This document shows, piece after piece, positions 31,938 through 41,988 of a stretch of DNA of 64,000 nt. Under the pieces are notes generated by a model. That model did no database searches. It was not told the origin of the DNA and was given only the letters and a program-made list of their open reading frames with translations. Both the position numbers and the translations under genes were made by a program. Each line of letters begins with the position of its first letter. Position 1 is the stretch's first letter. Source of the DNA: an uncultured Acidimicrobiia bacterium (GTDB lineage Bacteria > Actinomycetota > Acidimicrobiia > Acidimicrobiales > AC-14); the NCBI GenBank assembly GCA_963836205.1, contig CAWIIV010000020.1:120992-184991 (forward strand). The letters run 5' to 3'.

Positions 31938-34623
31938 TCAACCGGCGGCGGCGCCGGTGACCTCGACGACGGCCCGCATGCCCAACTGGTAGTGCCCCGG
32001 CAGGTGGCAGCCGATGAGCACCTGGCCCGGCTGGTCGAAACGGTAGACGAGGCTGGCGGTGCGCCCGGGCTCGACCTGCACCGAGGCCGCGCCGTGGGCA
32101 TGGTTGTCGGCGCGGCCCGCCCGGTCGGCCTCTCCCTGGACCTCCTCGTCGCCGATGACCGCCTCGTGGACGGCCGCGCCGTCGTTGCGGAACACGAAGC
32201 GCACCTCCTCGCCGGCGGCGACGTCGAGCACCGTGGGCGAGTAGGCGAACTCCGACATGGCCATCTCCACCACCCGGTCGACGGGCCGGGCGTCGTCGTC
32301 GCCGCCGGCTCGGGCCCAGAGTGCCACCGCCACCAGGGCCAGGGCGGGCACGGTCCAGGCCAGGGCGAGTCCCCATCGCCGGTCGCGGGCGGGCGCGGCG
32401 GCCGCGTTCGAGGGCCCCCGACCGAAGCGGTAGAGGCGGAGGCTGTTGGCCACCACCGACACGCTCGACACGCCCATGGCCGCCGCCGCCACCCACGGGT
32501 CGAGCAGGCCGGACGCGGCCAGGGGGATCGCCACCAGGTTGTACCCGAACGCCCACCCCAGGTTCTGGAGGATGGTCGTGTACGTGGCCCGGGCCAGGCG
32601 GATGGCGGTGGCGACCCCGGCCAGGTCGGCCGAGAGCAGGGTGATGGCCGACGTCTCGACGGCCACGTCGGTGCCTGTCCCGATGGCGATGCCGACGTCG
32701 GACCGGGCCAGGGCGGGGGCGTCGTTGACCCCGTCGCCCACCATCGCCACCACCCGTCCCTCGGACTGGAGGCGGGCGATCTCGTCGGCCTTGGCGTGCG
32801 GCAGGACCCCGGCCATGACCCGGGCGATGCCGACATCGGCGGCGATGGCGGCCCCGGTGCGGGCGTTGTCGCCGGTGACCAGGGCCACCTCGACGCCCAT
32901 GGCCGCGAGCTCGGCGACGGCGGCCCTGGCGCCCGGGCGGACGGTGTCGGCCAGGGCGAGGAGGCCCCGGGCCTGGCCGTCCCACCCCACGAAGACCACG
33001 GTGCGGCCCTCCGCCTCCAGCCGGTCGGCGACCGCCTCCAACTCGGCCGTCGGGGCGACGAATCGGCGGTTGCCGACCACCACCGACGAGCCGTCGACCT
33101 CGGCCCGCACGCCCTGGCCGACCACGGACTCGAAGGCGGTGGCGGTCGCGCCTGCGGCGGTGAGGCCGCGGCTGCGGGCGCCGGCCACCACCGCCCGGCC
33201 CACGGGGTGCTCCGACCCGAGCTCGGCCGCCGCTGCCCGGGCCAGGACCACGTCGCCGCCGACCACGTCGGTGACCGACATCTCGCCCACCGTGAGGGTG
33301 CCGGTCTTGTCGAACACGACCGTGTCGACGCCCTTGGAGCGTTCGAGCACCTCGCCGCCCTTGATGAGGACGCCCAGGGCCGCGCCCCGGCCGGTGCCGA
33401 CCATGATCGCCATGGGCGTGGCCAGGCCGAGGGCGCACGGGCAGGCGACGATGAGGACGGCGATGGCGGCGAGAAGGCCGTCGAGGGGACGGTCGGCAGC
33501 CAGGGTCCAGACGGCGAAGGTGACGGCGGCCACGGCCAGCACGACCGGGACGAACACCCCCGCCACCCGGTCGGCCAGCCGTTGCACGGGCGCCTTCGAC
33601 CCCTGGGCCTCGGCCACCAGGCGCACGATCCGAGCCAGGGCGGTGTCGGTGCCGACCGCGGTGGCCCGCACCGTGAGCACCCCCTGGCGGTTGACGGTGG
33701 CGCCCGCGACCGAGTCGCCCGGCCCCTTGTCGACCGGCACCGACTCCCCGGTGAGCATCGACTCGTCGACCGCCGACGCGCCGGCGACGACCACCCCGTC
33801 CACCGGCACCTTCTCCCCCGGGCGGACACGCACCTGGTCGCCTACGCGCACCCGGCCCACGGGCACCCGGTGCTCGCCGTCGGGATGTGCAGGGTCGAGG
33901 AGGGACGCCTCGTGGGCGCCGAGCTCGGCCAGCCCGGCGATGGCCCGAGTGGCCCGACCCTTGGCCCGCGCCTCCAGCCACCGGCCGAGGACGAGGAAGG
34001 CCACGATCAGGGCCGACATGTCGAAGTGGAGGTGGCCGCCGAAGGCGTGGCCGCCACCGTGGGCGTGGCCGGGGTCGGCGAAGAGCAGTCCGGCCACCGA
34101 CAGGCCGAAGGCGGACAGGGTGCCGACGGCGACGAGGGTGTCCATGTTGGCCGTCCCCGCTCGGGCCCGCACCACCGCCCCCCGCAGGAAGGGGAACCCG
34201 GCCCAGAACTGCACCGGCACGGTGAGGAGGGCGGCCGTCCACCGGGCCCAGTCGTCGCTCGGGCGGAAGGTCGACAGGGCCAGCACGACCAGCGTGAGGG
34301 GCCAGGCCACGACGACCCGGCGCCACCAAACGTCCTGCTCCGACCGCGGCCGGGTGTCCGCCGGGCCCGCCGCTTCCCGGTCCGGACGGCGGGATCGGCA
34401 GCAGGCCGTAACCGATGGCGGCCACCGCCTGGCCCAGGCGCTCGACGTCGACGGTGGCGGGGTCGAAGTCGATCGTGGCCCGGCCGGTGGCGAAGTTCAC
34501 GCCCGCCCGCTCGACACCACCCTGCCGGCCGAGGACGCGCTCCACCCGGGCCGCGCACGACCCGCAGGTCATGCCGGTGACGTCGAGCTCGATGTGCATC
34601 GGGGCGGGGGCGGTGGTCGTCAA
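31938..34623 (-). CDS. copA: Cu(I) P1B-type ATPase with N-terminal HMA and C-terminal cupredoxin; frameshift near 34385
   Basis: GMTCGSC, TGES, CPC, DKTGT, SEHP, GDGVND, YN, MGVSS; tail HEAV...[11 protein letters not shown]. Confidence 0.9.
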
Positions 34624-34627
34624 CCGG

Positions 34628-34945
34628 TCACCCCTCGGCGGGGACCTCGGCGGGGGCCTCGGCCCGGGCCGGACCGGTGGTGATCCGGTCGAAGCGGAGG
34701 GCCTGCATCAGCTCGTCGACGATCTCGGTGGTGCGGCCCGAACGCATGGCCTCGGCCACGCACGTCTCCAGGTGGTTGCGGAGGATGGTGCGGCTGGCCG
34801 CCTCCAACGACCCCTGCACCGCCGACAACTGCTTCATCACGTCGACGCAATAGGTGTCGTCCTCGACCATGCGCAGGACGGCGTCGACATGGCCGCGGGC
34901 GCTGCGCAGCCGGTTGACCAGAGCCTTCTTGTCCGCTTCCTTCAT
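34628..34945 (-). CDS. csoR: Copper-sensing repressor CsoR
   Basis: RLRSARGHV, YCVDV, HLETCV. Confidence 0.9.
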   Translation of the reverse strand: MKEADKKALVNRLRSARGHVDAVLRMVEDDTYCVDVMKQLSAVQGSLEAASRTILRNHLETCVAEAMRSGRTTEIVDELMQALRFDRITTGPARAEAPAEVPAEG

Positions 34946-34955
34946 GGTGCTAGGG

Positions 34956-34976
34956 TACCCCACCTGGGGAGGGGTA
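34956..34976. promoter_or_regulatory. CsoR operator between divergent, probably leaderless csoR and copZ
   Basis: TACCCC-ACCTGGGGA-GGGGTA; -10-like TAAGCT and TACCCT each lie 6 nt from an ATG. Confidence 0.75.
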
Positions 34977-34986
34977 AGCTAGGGAC

Positions 34987-35211
34987 ATGGAGCCGACGAC
35001 GAAGACGCAGGTCCGCATCTACTCGGTGCCCGCCATCTCGTGCGGGCACTGCAAATCAGCCATCGAGGCCGGCGTGGCGAAGGTGGCGGGAGTCGACCGG
35101 GTGGAGGTCGACGTCGCCGCCCGTACCGTTCGGGTCGAGGGCGAGGCGTCGGACGAGGCGGTGCGGTCCGCCATCGACGAGGCCGGCTACGACGTGGGCG
35201 GCCTCGTCTGA
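34987..35211 (+). CDS. copZ: Copper chaperone CopZ
   Basis: ISCGHC...AIDEAGY. Confidence 0.9.
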   Translation: MEPTTKTQVRIYSVPAISCGHCKSAIEAGVAKVAGVDRVEVDVAARTVRVEGEASDEAVRSAIDEAGYDVGGLV

Positions 35212-35213
35212 GA

Positions 35214-35417
35214 GGGTCTCGACGCAGCGATAGATCGTACAGGTGGATGTCGGGGAAGTTAGGCCTGGATCTCGGACGTGAGCTCGTCGGCGGTGACATG
35301 GCCACCGGAGCGCAAAGGGGAGCTGATGATCGCCCGCCGGGACGTCGTGACCCGCCCACCACGGTCGCGAAGCATCCCGAGAATCTGCTCGAGGCGCTCG
35401 GCATTGGCCACTGTCAC
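35214..35417 (-). pseudogene. Fur-family regulator N-terminal remnant
   Basis: GGRVTTSRRAI...HVTADEL...PDIHL..TIYRCVETL across a stop and frameshifts; ends at the copZ 3' end. Confidence 0.65.
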
Positions 35418-35465
35418 GCTCGGGGAGCGTACCGGGCCGAGCGACGAACAATTCGCGAACCGTAC

Positions 35466-35495
35466 TTGCACTACGAACACATGTTCGTGTAGAGT
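35466..35495 (+). promoter_or_regulatory. Promoter with LexA (SOS) box
   Basis: TTGCAC..CGAACACATGTTCG (35474-35487)..TAGAGT; box identical to 11779-11792. Confidence 0.8.
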
Positions 35496-35541
35496 GGGGG
35501 TACTTCCCCCTTGGTCAGGTGCTCGACCGGGGAGTCCGGCG

Positions 35542-36687
35542 ATGGACGTGGTGACTGGGCTGGTGGCGGCGGTCGACGCGCTGTGCGCGGCCGACCCCTC
35601 GACGCTGGCCGACGGCGAGAGCATCGTGGCCCTCGACCGCCAGCGGCAACGGCTGACGGCGGTGCTCACCCGGGCCTCGGCCGCCTTCGACTCGGCAGGT
35701 TCGTGGGCCGACGACGGCGCCCGTTCGGCGGCCAGGTGGATGGCGGCCCGCTGCGCCCTGCCGGTGGGCAGTGCCCGGGAGCGGGTGCATCTCGGTCGTG
35801 GGCTACGACACATGGCGCTGGTTGAGCAGGCATGGCTGGCGGGCGACGTCGGCCAGGCCCAGGTCTCGGCGTTGGCGGCGGCTCGCACCGAGGCCACAGC
35901 CGACTGTTTTGCCCGGGACGAGGAGATGTTGGTCTCCCAGGCCAAGGAGCTCAGTCACCGCCACTTCAGCCGGGCCCTGGCCTACTGGGCCCAGCACGCC
36001 GATCCCGACGGGGCCGAGGACAAGGCCGCCGCCCAACGTGATGCCCGGCGCCTGCACCTGTCGGCCGGCTTCGAGGGGACGTGGGTCCTCGACGGGCTGC
36101 TCGACCCCATCTCGGGATCGATCGTGGCCGATGCCCTCAAGGCGGTGGAGGAGGAACTCTTCGCCGCCGACTGGGCCGAGGCCAAGGACCGGGTGGGAGA
36201 TGCGGTGTGCGCAGCCGACCTGGGCCGCCGCCCGGCCCAGCGCCGGGCCGACGCCCTCGTCGAGCTGGCCCGGCGGGCCCTGGCCATGCCGGCGGGAGCA
36301 CGCATGCCCGAGCCGCTGTTCAGCGTCCTCGTCGGCTACGAGACCTTCGCCGGACGCATCTGCGAGCTGGCCGACGGCACCGTGGTCACGCCGGGGTCGC
36401 TCGTTTCCTGGCTCGACCAGGCGTGGGTGGAGCGGGTCGTCTTCGAGGGAGCGGATCGGGTCACCAACGTGGGCGTGCGCCGGCGCATCTTCGCCGGGGC
36501 CACCCGCCGGGCGGTGCAGGTCCGGGACCGGGAGTGCTTCCACGAGACCTGCGAGGCCCCCACCGACGACTGCCAGGTCGACCACGTCCAGCCCTGGGCC
36601 ATGGGCGGGCTCACCGTCGACGACAACGGCCGCCTCGCCTGCGCCTTCCACAACCGCCTGCGCCACCAATCACGACCGCCGCCGTGA
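35542..36687 (+). CDS. DUF222/HNH endonuclease (13E12-repeat-like)
   Basis: QRRADALVE; RDRECFHETC...QVDHVQPWAMGGLT..DNGRLACAFHNR. Confidence 0.9.
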   Translation: MDVVTGLVAAVDALCAADPSTLADGESIVALDRQRQRLTAVLTRASAAFDSAGSWADDGARSAARWMAARCALPVGSARERVHLGRGLRHMALVEQAWLAGDVGQAQVSALAAARTEATADCFARDEEMLVSQAKELSHRHFSRALAYWAQHADPDGAEDKAAAQRDARRLHLSAGFEGTWVLDGLLDPISGSIVADALKAVEEELFAADWAEAKDRVGDAVCAADLGRRPAQRRADALVELARRALAMPAGARMPEPLFSVLVGYETFAGRICELADGTVVTPGSLVSWLDQAWVERVVFEGADRVTNVGVRRRIFAGATRRAVQVRDRECFHETCEAPTDDCQVDHVQPWAMGGLTVDDNGRLACAFHNRLRHQSRPPP

Positions 36688-36877
36688 AGGCGGGAAGGAG
36701 CGGTTCGGGGATCGCTGAGTGCAGGCGCAACCGTGGACGCAGCGGCGCGGAGCTCGGGTCGGCGAAGGAGCACGCCCACGCGTCTGTGGTCGACGGGTTG
36801 GGCGTTCCGGACTTGGCGGCGGGAACGTAAGCCCGGAACCCCGTCGTTGGTCGCCGGCCGCGGTCGGGCGGCGAGGT

Positions 36878-36899
36878 TGTCGTTGGGGTTGCGTAGGGT
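36878..36899 (+). promoter_or_regulatory. PafBC/RecA-NDp-type DNA-damage promoter candidate
   Basis: TGTCGT-N10-TAGGGT against the TGTCGG-N10-TA-N3-T motif; GTG 7 nt downstream. Confidence 0.55.
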
Positions 36900-36906
36900 C
36901 GACGGG

Positions 36907-39564
36907 GTGACTGGGCGTGGACCGGCTGCCCTCGGGCGGGGTGTGGTGGTGATGGCCGACGGGGAGATCCCGGCCGAGTGGGCGGGCGCGCCGGTGGTCG
37001 TGGTCGACGAGGCGGCGATGGCGGACCCGGGGCGGTGCGTCGCCGAGATGCACTCGGCGTGGGCGGCGCGGCGGCCGGTGGTGGTGGCGCTGGCGGTCGA
37101 CCCGGCCCGGTTCCGCGAGCCGGAGTCGTGGGCGGTGGAGCCGTGGACACTCGGCCCGGCATTCGAGGCGTACCGCGACCGGCTGCACTTCCTCGTGTGG
37201 GCCAACAATTACGACGCCCGAAAACCCGGCGATCCCGTGTGGTGGTGGGGCCGGAAGACGGAGCGCCTCGGCGCCCACCCGGCCCCGGACGGCACTTCCT
37301 CCGACGTACTGCTCCCGAACGGGCGGGCGGCGTGGGTCGACGGTGGTCCCCGGGGCCCGCTCGACACCGGCGACGGGGCGGCGGTGGTCCACGTGGAGTC
37401 GGTGGCGCTCGGCCGGCTCACCCCGGCACCCCCGCCGACCTCGCCCACGGCCGTCCTCGCCCCCGACCAGTTGGCGGCGGTGGCCCACGGCGCCGGCCCG
37501 GCCCGGGTGATCGCCCCCGCGGGGTCGGGCAAGACACGGGTCCTCACCGAGCGCCTCCGCCACCTCGTGGTCGACCGCGGTTTCGAGACCGAGACGGTGC
37601 TCGCGGTGGCGTACAACAAGAAGGCCCGCGAGGAGATGGAGAACCGGTGCCGGGCATTCCGGCCCCGGGTCCGCACGATCAACGCCCTCGGGCTGGCCCT
37701 TCTCACAGAGGCCCGCGGCAGTCCCCCGGCGGTCCTCGACGAGCGTGACGTCCGGGAGATCGTCACCACCCTTGTGCCCCGACCCCGGCGGCGGGTCAAC
37801 ACCGACCCCATCGGCCCCTATCTCGACGGCCTGTCCCTCATCCGCCTCGGCCTACGCGACCCGGTGGCGGTGGAGGACTCCCGCGACGACGTCCCCGGCC
37901 TGGCCGAGGCCTTCGCTCCCTTCCGCCAGCGGCTGGCGGCCAGTGGCGCGGTCGACTTCGACGAGCAGGTCTACGGCGCCATCGAGATCCTCCTCGCCGG
38001 CGGCGACTTCCGCCGTCACGCCCAGGCCGGGTGCCGCCATCTCCTGGTCGACGAGTTCCAGGACCTCACTCCGGCCCACGTCCTGCTCCTGCGGCTGCTG
38101 GCCACCCCCGCCCTCGACGTGTTCGGCGTCGGCGACGACGACCAGGTCATCTACGGCCACGCCGGTGCCGACCCCCAATTCCTGGTCAACTTCGAGCATC
38201 TGTTCCCGGCCGCGGCCGACCATCCCCTCGAGGTCAACTACCGCGGCCCGGTGGAGGTGGTCGCCGCCGCCCGCCACCTTCTGTCCTACAACGACCGGCG
38301 GGTGCCCAAGCAGATCCGCCCCGGCCCCGACGCCGACGCCACCGTGGGTGCCCTCACCGTCCGCCGGCACGCCCCCGAGGCTGGTGGCACCGCGGTAGCA
38401 GACGTCGTCTCGACCTGGCTGAGCGAAGCCGAACCCGCCGGCATCGCGGTGTTGGCCCGGGTCAACTCCCTGCTCCTCGCGCCCCAGGTGGCGCTGGTCG
38501 AGGCCGGCGTCCCGGTCGACTCGGTGCTGCGGGCCAGCGTTCTCGATCGCACCGGGGTGCGGGCCGCCCTCGCCTACCTCCGCATCGGTGCCGACCCCGA
38601 CGACATCGACGGTGCCGACGTGGTCGAGGTGTACCGGCGGCCGTCCCGGGGCTTCCCCCAGTGGTTCCCCAAATGGCTTCGGGGCCGGCTGTCGATCGAT
38701 CGGCTGGCGGCCATGTCGTCCCGCATCGACGACGTGAAGGTCGGCCAGAAGGTCACCGAGTTGGCCGCCGACCTCCGGCGGGTGGCCGACGCCGTTGCCA
38801 GCGGCACCACCGCCACCGCCCTGGCCGTCGTCCGCGACGAGATCGGCCTGGGCGGGGCGATGGGCATGCTCGACTCGTCCCGCGCCGGCGAAGGTGGGTC
38901 GAGCCACCTCGACGATCTGGAGGCCCTGGCCCAGGTGGCCGCCCTCCACCCCGACGCCGCCTCCTTCGAGCCGTGGCTGCGGGAGGTGCTCCGGCGGGAG
39001 GCCACGCCAGGCGGGGTCACGCTCTCGACCGTGCACCGGGTGAAGGGACGGGAGTGGGACCGGGTGGTCGTCTTCGGGGCCTCCGCCGGCCTCATGCCCC
39101 ACCGCTTGGCGGAGGACCTGGAGGAGGAGCGGCGGGTGCTCCATGTGGCCATCACCCGGGGCCGGCACCGGGTGGTGGTCCTGGGGGACGCGTCCCGGCC
39201 GTCGCCGTTCCTGGCCGAGCTCGACGGCACCGCCCCCCGCCAACAGGCCCGCAGCGCGGCCGCCACCCTGACGACGATCCCCGGACCGTCCGCCCGCGGG
39301 CCCCGGGAAGCGCCCGTCCTGGCCCCGTTGCCGGCCGACGCCGAGGCCACCGAGGCCGCGCTCCGAGCGTGGCGGACCGAGCGGGCCCGGCAGGACGGTG
39401 TCCCCGCATACATCGTCCTCAGCGACAAGTACCTGCGGGGCGTCGCCGTGGCCCGGCCCCGCACTCTCGTGTCGCTGCGGGCGCTGCCCGGCATCGGCCC
39501 CACCAAGCTCGAGCTCTACGGCGAGGAGATCCTGGCCGCCATCGAAGGGTCGGAGCCGGACTAA
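36907..39564 (+). CDS. UvrD/PcrA-family helicase with HRDC (UvrD2-like) and N-terminal extension
   Basis: APAGSGKT, VDEFQD, GDDDQ, NYR, TVHRVKGREW, EERRVLHVAITR; HRDC LRAWR...PAYIV...GIGPTK. Confidence 0.92.
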   Translation: MTGRGPAALGRGVVVMADGEIPAEWAGAPVVVVDEAAMADPGRCVAEMHSAWAARRPVVVALAVDPARFREPESWAVEPWTLGPAFEAYRDRLHFLVWANNYDARKPGDPVWWWGRKTERLGAHPAPDGTSSDVLLPNGRAAWVDGGPRGPLDTGDGAAVVHVESVALGRLTPAPPPTSPTAVLAPDQLAAVAHGAGPARVIAPAGSGKTRVLTERLRHLVVDRGFETETVLAVAYNKKAREEMENRCRAFRPRVRTINALGLALLTEARGSPPAVLDERDVREIVTTLVPRPRRRVNTDPIGPYLDGLSLIRLGLRDPVAVEDSRDDVPGLAEAFAPFRQRLAASGAVDFDEQVYGAIEILLAGGDFRRHAQAGCRHLLVDEFQDLTPAHVLLLRLLATPALDVFGVGDDDQVIYGHAGADPQFLVNFEHLFPAAADHPLEVNYRGPVEVVAAARHLLSYNDRRVPKQIRPGPDADATVGALTVRRHAPEAGGTAVADVVSTWLSEAEPAGIAVLARVNSLLLAPQVALVEAGVPVDSVLRASVLDRTGVRAALAYLRIGADPDDIDGADVVEVYRRPSRGFPQWFPKWLRGRLSIDRLAAMSSRIDDVKVGQKVTELAADLRRVADAVASGTTATALAVVRDEIGLGGAMGMLDSSRAGEGGSSHLDDLEALAQVAALHPDAASFEPWLREVLRREATPGGVTLSTVHRVKGREWDRVVVFGASAGLMPHRLAEDLEEERRVLHVAITRGRHRVVVLGDASRPSPFLAELDGTAPRQQARSAAATLTTIPGPSARGPREAPVLAPLPADAEATEAALRAWRTERARQDGVPAYIVLSDKYLRGVAVARPRTLVSLRALPGIGPTKLELYGEEILAAIEGSEPD

Positions 39565-41657
39565 CGCTCGTGCACGTAGACGCCGGGGGCGTCGCCCAAC
39601 GGCGGGTAGGCCTCGCTTCCCAACGCCGGCGGCGGGCGGCGGGCCCCGGCCCGGGCCGCGATCCAGGCGGCCCAGTCGCCCCACCACGATCCCGAGTGCT
39701 CGGTTGCCCCCGCCAGCCACGCCTCCGGAGACCCGGCGGGCGGGGGCGATGAGGCCGCAGACGAGGGCGAGCCGGCCGCAGACGAGGGCGAGCCGGCCGC
39801 AGACGAGGGCGAGCCGGACGGGGGCGAGGGGGGGGCCGAGCCGGCCGTGTACGGGGCCGAGCCGGCCGTGTACGGGGCCGAGCCGGCCGAGGACAGGGGC
39901 GAGCCGGCCGCCACCATGGCCGGCGGTGGCGGTGGCGAGTCGACCGGCGGTGAGAGTGAGTCGTTGGTCCAGTAGCGCCGGCGGGATGGGCCGATGGGGT
40001 TGACGATGCCGGCCACGTGGCCCGACGACGTGAGGACGAACCGGACATCGCCGCCGAGGAGTCCGCCGGTGGCGTAGGACGACGTCCACGGGGCGATGTG
40101 GTCCTCCCGGGCGGCCAGCACGTAGGCGTCGGCGGTCACCGTCGACAGGTCGAGGCGGGTGCCGGCCAGGGTCATCCCGCCCGTGGCCAGTTGGTTCTCC
40201 ACGTAGCAGCAGCGCAGGTAGAAAGAGTGCATGTCGGCCGGCATGCGGGTGCCGTCGGCGTTCCAGGCCAGGATGTCGAAGGCCGGGGGCGGCTCCCCCA
40301 TCAGCCAGCCGCTCTCGACGTAGTTCCAGATCAGGTCCCGGGGACGCAGGAGGTCGAACATGGCCGCCATCTCGGTCGACTCGAGGTACCCCCGGCGCAG
40401 CATCTGCTCGCTCAGCCGCGCCACCGACGCCTTGTCGAGGAACTGCCCCATCGGCCCCGGCTCGGAGAAGTCCACCAGCGTGTTGAGGAGCGTCGCCGAC
40501 CCCACCCCGACCCGTCGACGACCGTGTCCGCCGGCGGCCTGGTGGGCCAGCAGCATGGTCGTGAGCGTCCCGCCCAGGCACAGCCCGACCACGTTGACCG
40601 AGTCGGCACCGGTGACGTCGGCGATCACGTCGAGGGCGTCGTAGGGACCCCGGAGGAGGTAGTCGTCGAGGGCGACGTCGGCCATCGACGCATCGGGGTT
40701 CCGGTAGCTGATGGCGAAGACGGTGTGGCCCTGGGCGACGGCGTACTCGGCGAAGCTGCGGCCGGGCGCCAGGTCCATGATGTAGTACTTGTTGATCCAC
40801 GGCGGGCTCAGCAGCAGGGGCACCTCGTGCACCGTCGCCGTCGTCGGCGAGTACTGGATCAGCTCCATGAGGTCGTTGCGGAACACGACCTTGCCGGGCG
40901 TGGCGGCCAGGTTCTCCCCCACCCGGAAGGCGGACGAGTCGACCTGCCGGGGACGGCCACCGTTGGTCTCCATGTCGCGGAGCACGTTGGCCAGCCCGGC
41001 CAGCACCGAGCGCCCGCCGGTGTCGACGGCCCGCCGGAGGGCGGCCGGGTTGGACCACAGGAAGTTCGTGGGGGCGAGGGCGTCGACCAGGATGCCGATG
41101 GCGAAGCGGGCCTTGCTGGTGGTCGCGGGGTCGAGGCCGGCCGCCTCAACCAGTTCGTACAGGTAACGGCTCCACGCCAGGTACCACTGGCGGAGGGCGA
41201 AGAAGCGCGGATCGGCCTCCCACGCCGGGTCGCGGAAACGGCGGTCGCCGGCGTCGGCGGCCACCACGCCCGGCACCGCCAGGCCCAGCGAGCGGGCCCA
41301 CGCGGCCCATCCGTCGGCGGCCACCGCGCCCGCGTAGCGGCCGGTTGGGCCCCACGCCAGATGCGGCTGGCGACGGAGGGCGGCGCCCACCTCCTCCACC
41401 GCGGCGGCGAAGCCGGCGACGTCGAGGCCGGCCAGCAGCCCCGCCTCGGGACCGATGTCGTCGGTGGCGACGAGGGCAGCTTCAGCCGCCGCGGTTGCCG
41501 GCGAGGTAGCTCCGGTAGACAGAGAGCAACGCCTCCTTCTGGTCCGCGGTGAGCTTGGGGTCTCGCCGGATGGCGGCCTCGGTGGACGGGCTCGTCGGCG
41601 GACCCTCGCCGTCACCCGGCTGGCCGCCCGCGCCGGCACCGCCGCCGGCGCCGGCAC
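39561..41657 (-). CDS. phaC: PHA synthase, copy 1 (true start uncertain, likely near 41400-41480)
   Basis: DRRFRDPAW, ATPGKVVFRN, PPWINKYYIMDL, GLCLGG, EDHIAPW, SGHVAG, GSWW. Confidence 0.92.
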   Translation of the reverse strand: MPAPAAVPARAASRVTARVRRRARPPRPPSGETPSSPRTRRRRCSLSTGATSPATAAAEAALVATDDIGPEAGLLAGLDVAGFAAAVEEVGAALRRQPHLAWGPTGRYAGAVAADGWAAWARSLGLAVPGVVAADAGDRRFRDPAWEADPRFFALRQWYLAWSRYLYELVEAAGLDPATTSKARFAIGILVDALAPTNFLWSNPAALRRAVDTGGRSVLAGLANVLRDMETNGGRPRQVDSSAFRVGENLAATPGKVVFRNDLMELIQYSPTTATVHEVPLLLSPPWINKYYIMDLAPGRSFAEYAVAQGHTVFAISYRNPDASMADVALDDYLLRGPYDALDVIADVTGADSVNVVGLCLGGTLTTMLLAHQAAGGHGRRRVGVGSATLLNTLVDFSEPGPMGQFLDKASVARLSEQMLRRGYLESTEMAAMFDLLRPRDLIWNYVESGWLMGEPPPAFDILAWNADGTRMPADMHSFYLRCCYVENQLATGGMTLAGTRLDLSTVTADAYVLAAREDHIAPWTSSYATGGLLGGDVRFVLTSSGHVAGIVNPIGPSRRRYWTNDSLSPPVDSPPPPPAMVAAGSPLSSAGSAPYTAGSAPYTAGSAPPSPPSGSPSSAAGSPSSAAGSPSSAASSPPPAGSPEAWLAGATEHSGSWWGDWAAWIAARAGARRPPPALGSEAYPPLGDAPGVYVHER
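39730..39960 (-). repeat. In-frame Ser/Ala/Pro insertion built from 21-bp repeats
   Basis: GGCCGCAGACGAGGGCGAGCC x3; GGGGCCGAGCCGGCCGTGTAC x2 plus partial. Confidence 0.85.
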
Positions 41658-41925
41658 CGGCCGGGTCGTCGTCCTCGAACAGGCCGGCCTGGGCCAGCAT
41701 GGCTTCGGCCGACAGGTCGAGGGCTTTCGCGATCGAGCGCAGCACCCGCACCGACGGCGCGTGCAGACCCCGCTCGATCTGGCTCAGGTAGGCGTTGGAC
41801 ACCTTGGTCCGGTCCGCCATGTCGCGGAGGGAAAGGTTGGCCAGCCGGCGCTGGGCCCGCAGGAACGAGCCGAACGCCTCCCGCTGGGCCCCCCAGGGGT
41901 CGCCCGGTTCCTCGGTGACTGGCAC
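41482..41925 (-). CDS. XRE-family HTH regulator
   Basis: GSFLRAQRRLANLSLR...SNAYLSQIERGLHAPS; C-terminal AIRRDPKLTADQKEALLSVYRS. Confidence 0.9.
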   Translation of the reverse strand: MPVTEEPGDPWGAQREAFGSFLRAQRRLANLSLRDMADRTKVSNAYLSQIERGLHAPSVRVLRSIAKALDLSAEAMLAQAGLFEDDDPAGAGAGGGAGAGGQPGDGEGPPTSPSTEAAIRRDPKLTADQKEALLSVYRSYLAGNRGG

Positions 41926-41988
41926 GGTGCAACTCTGGCACCGCCGGCGGTCGGGCCGCCGCCCCGACCGACGTGGCGGCTGCCGAAA

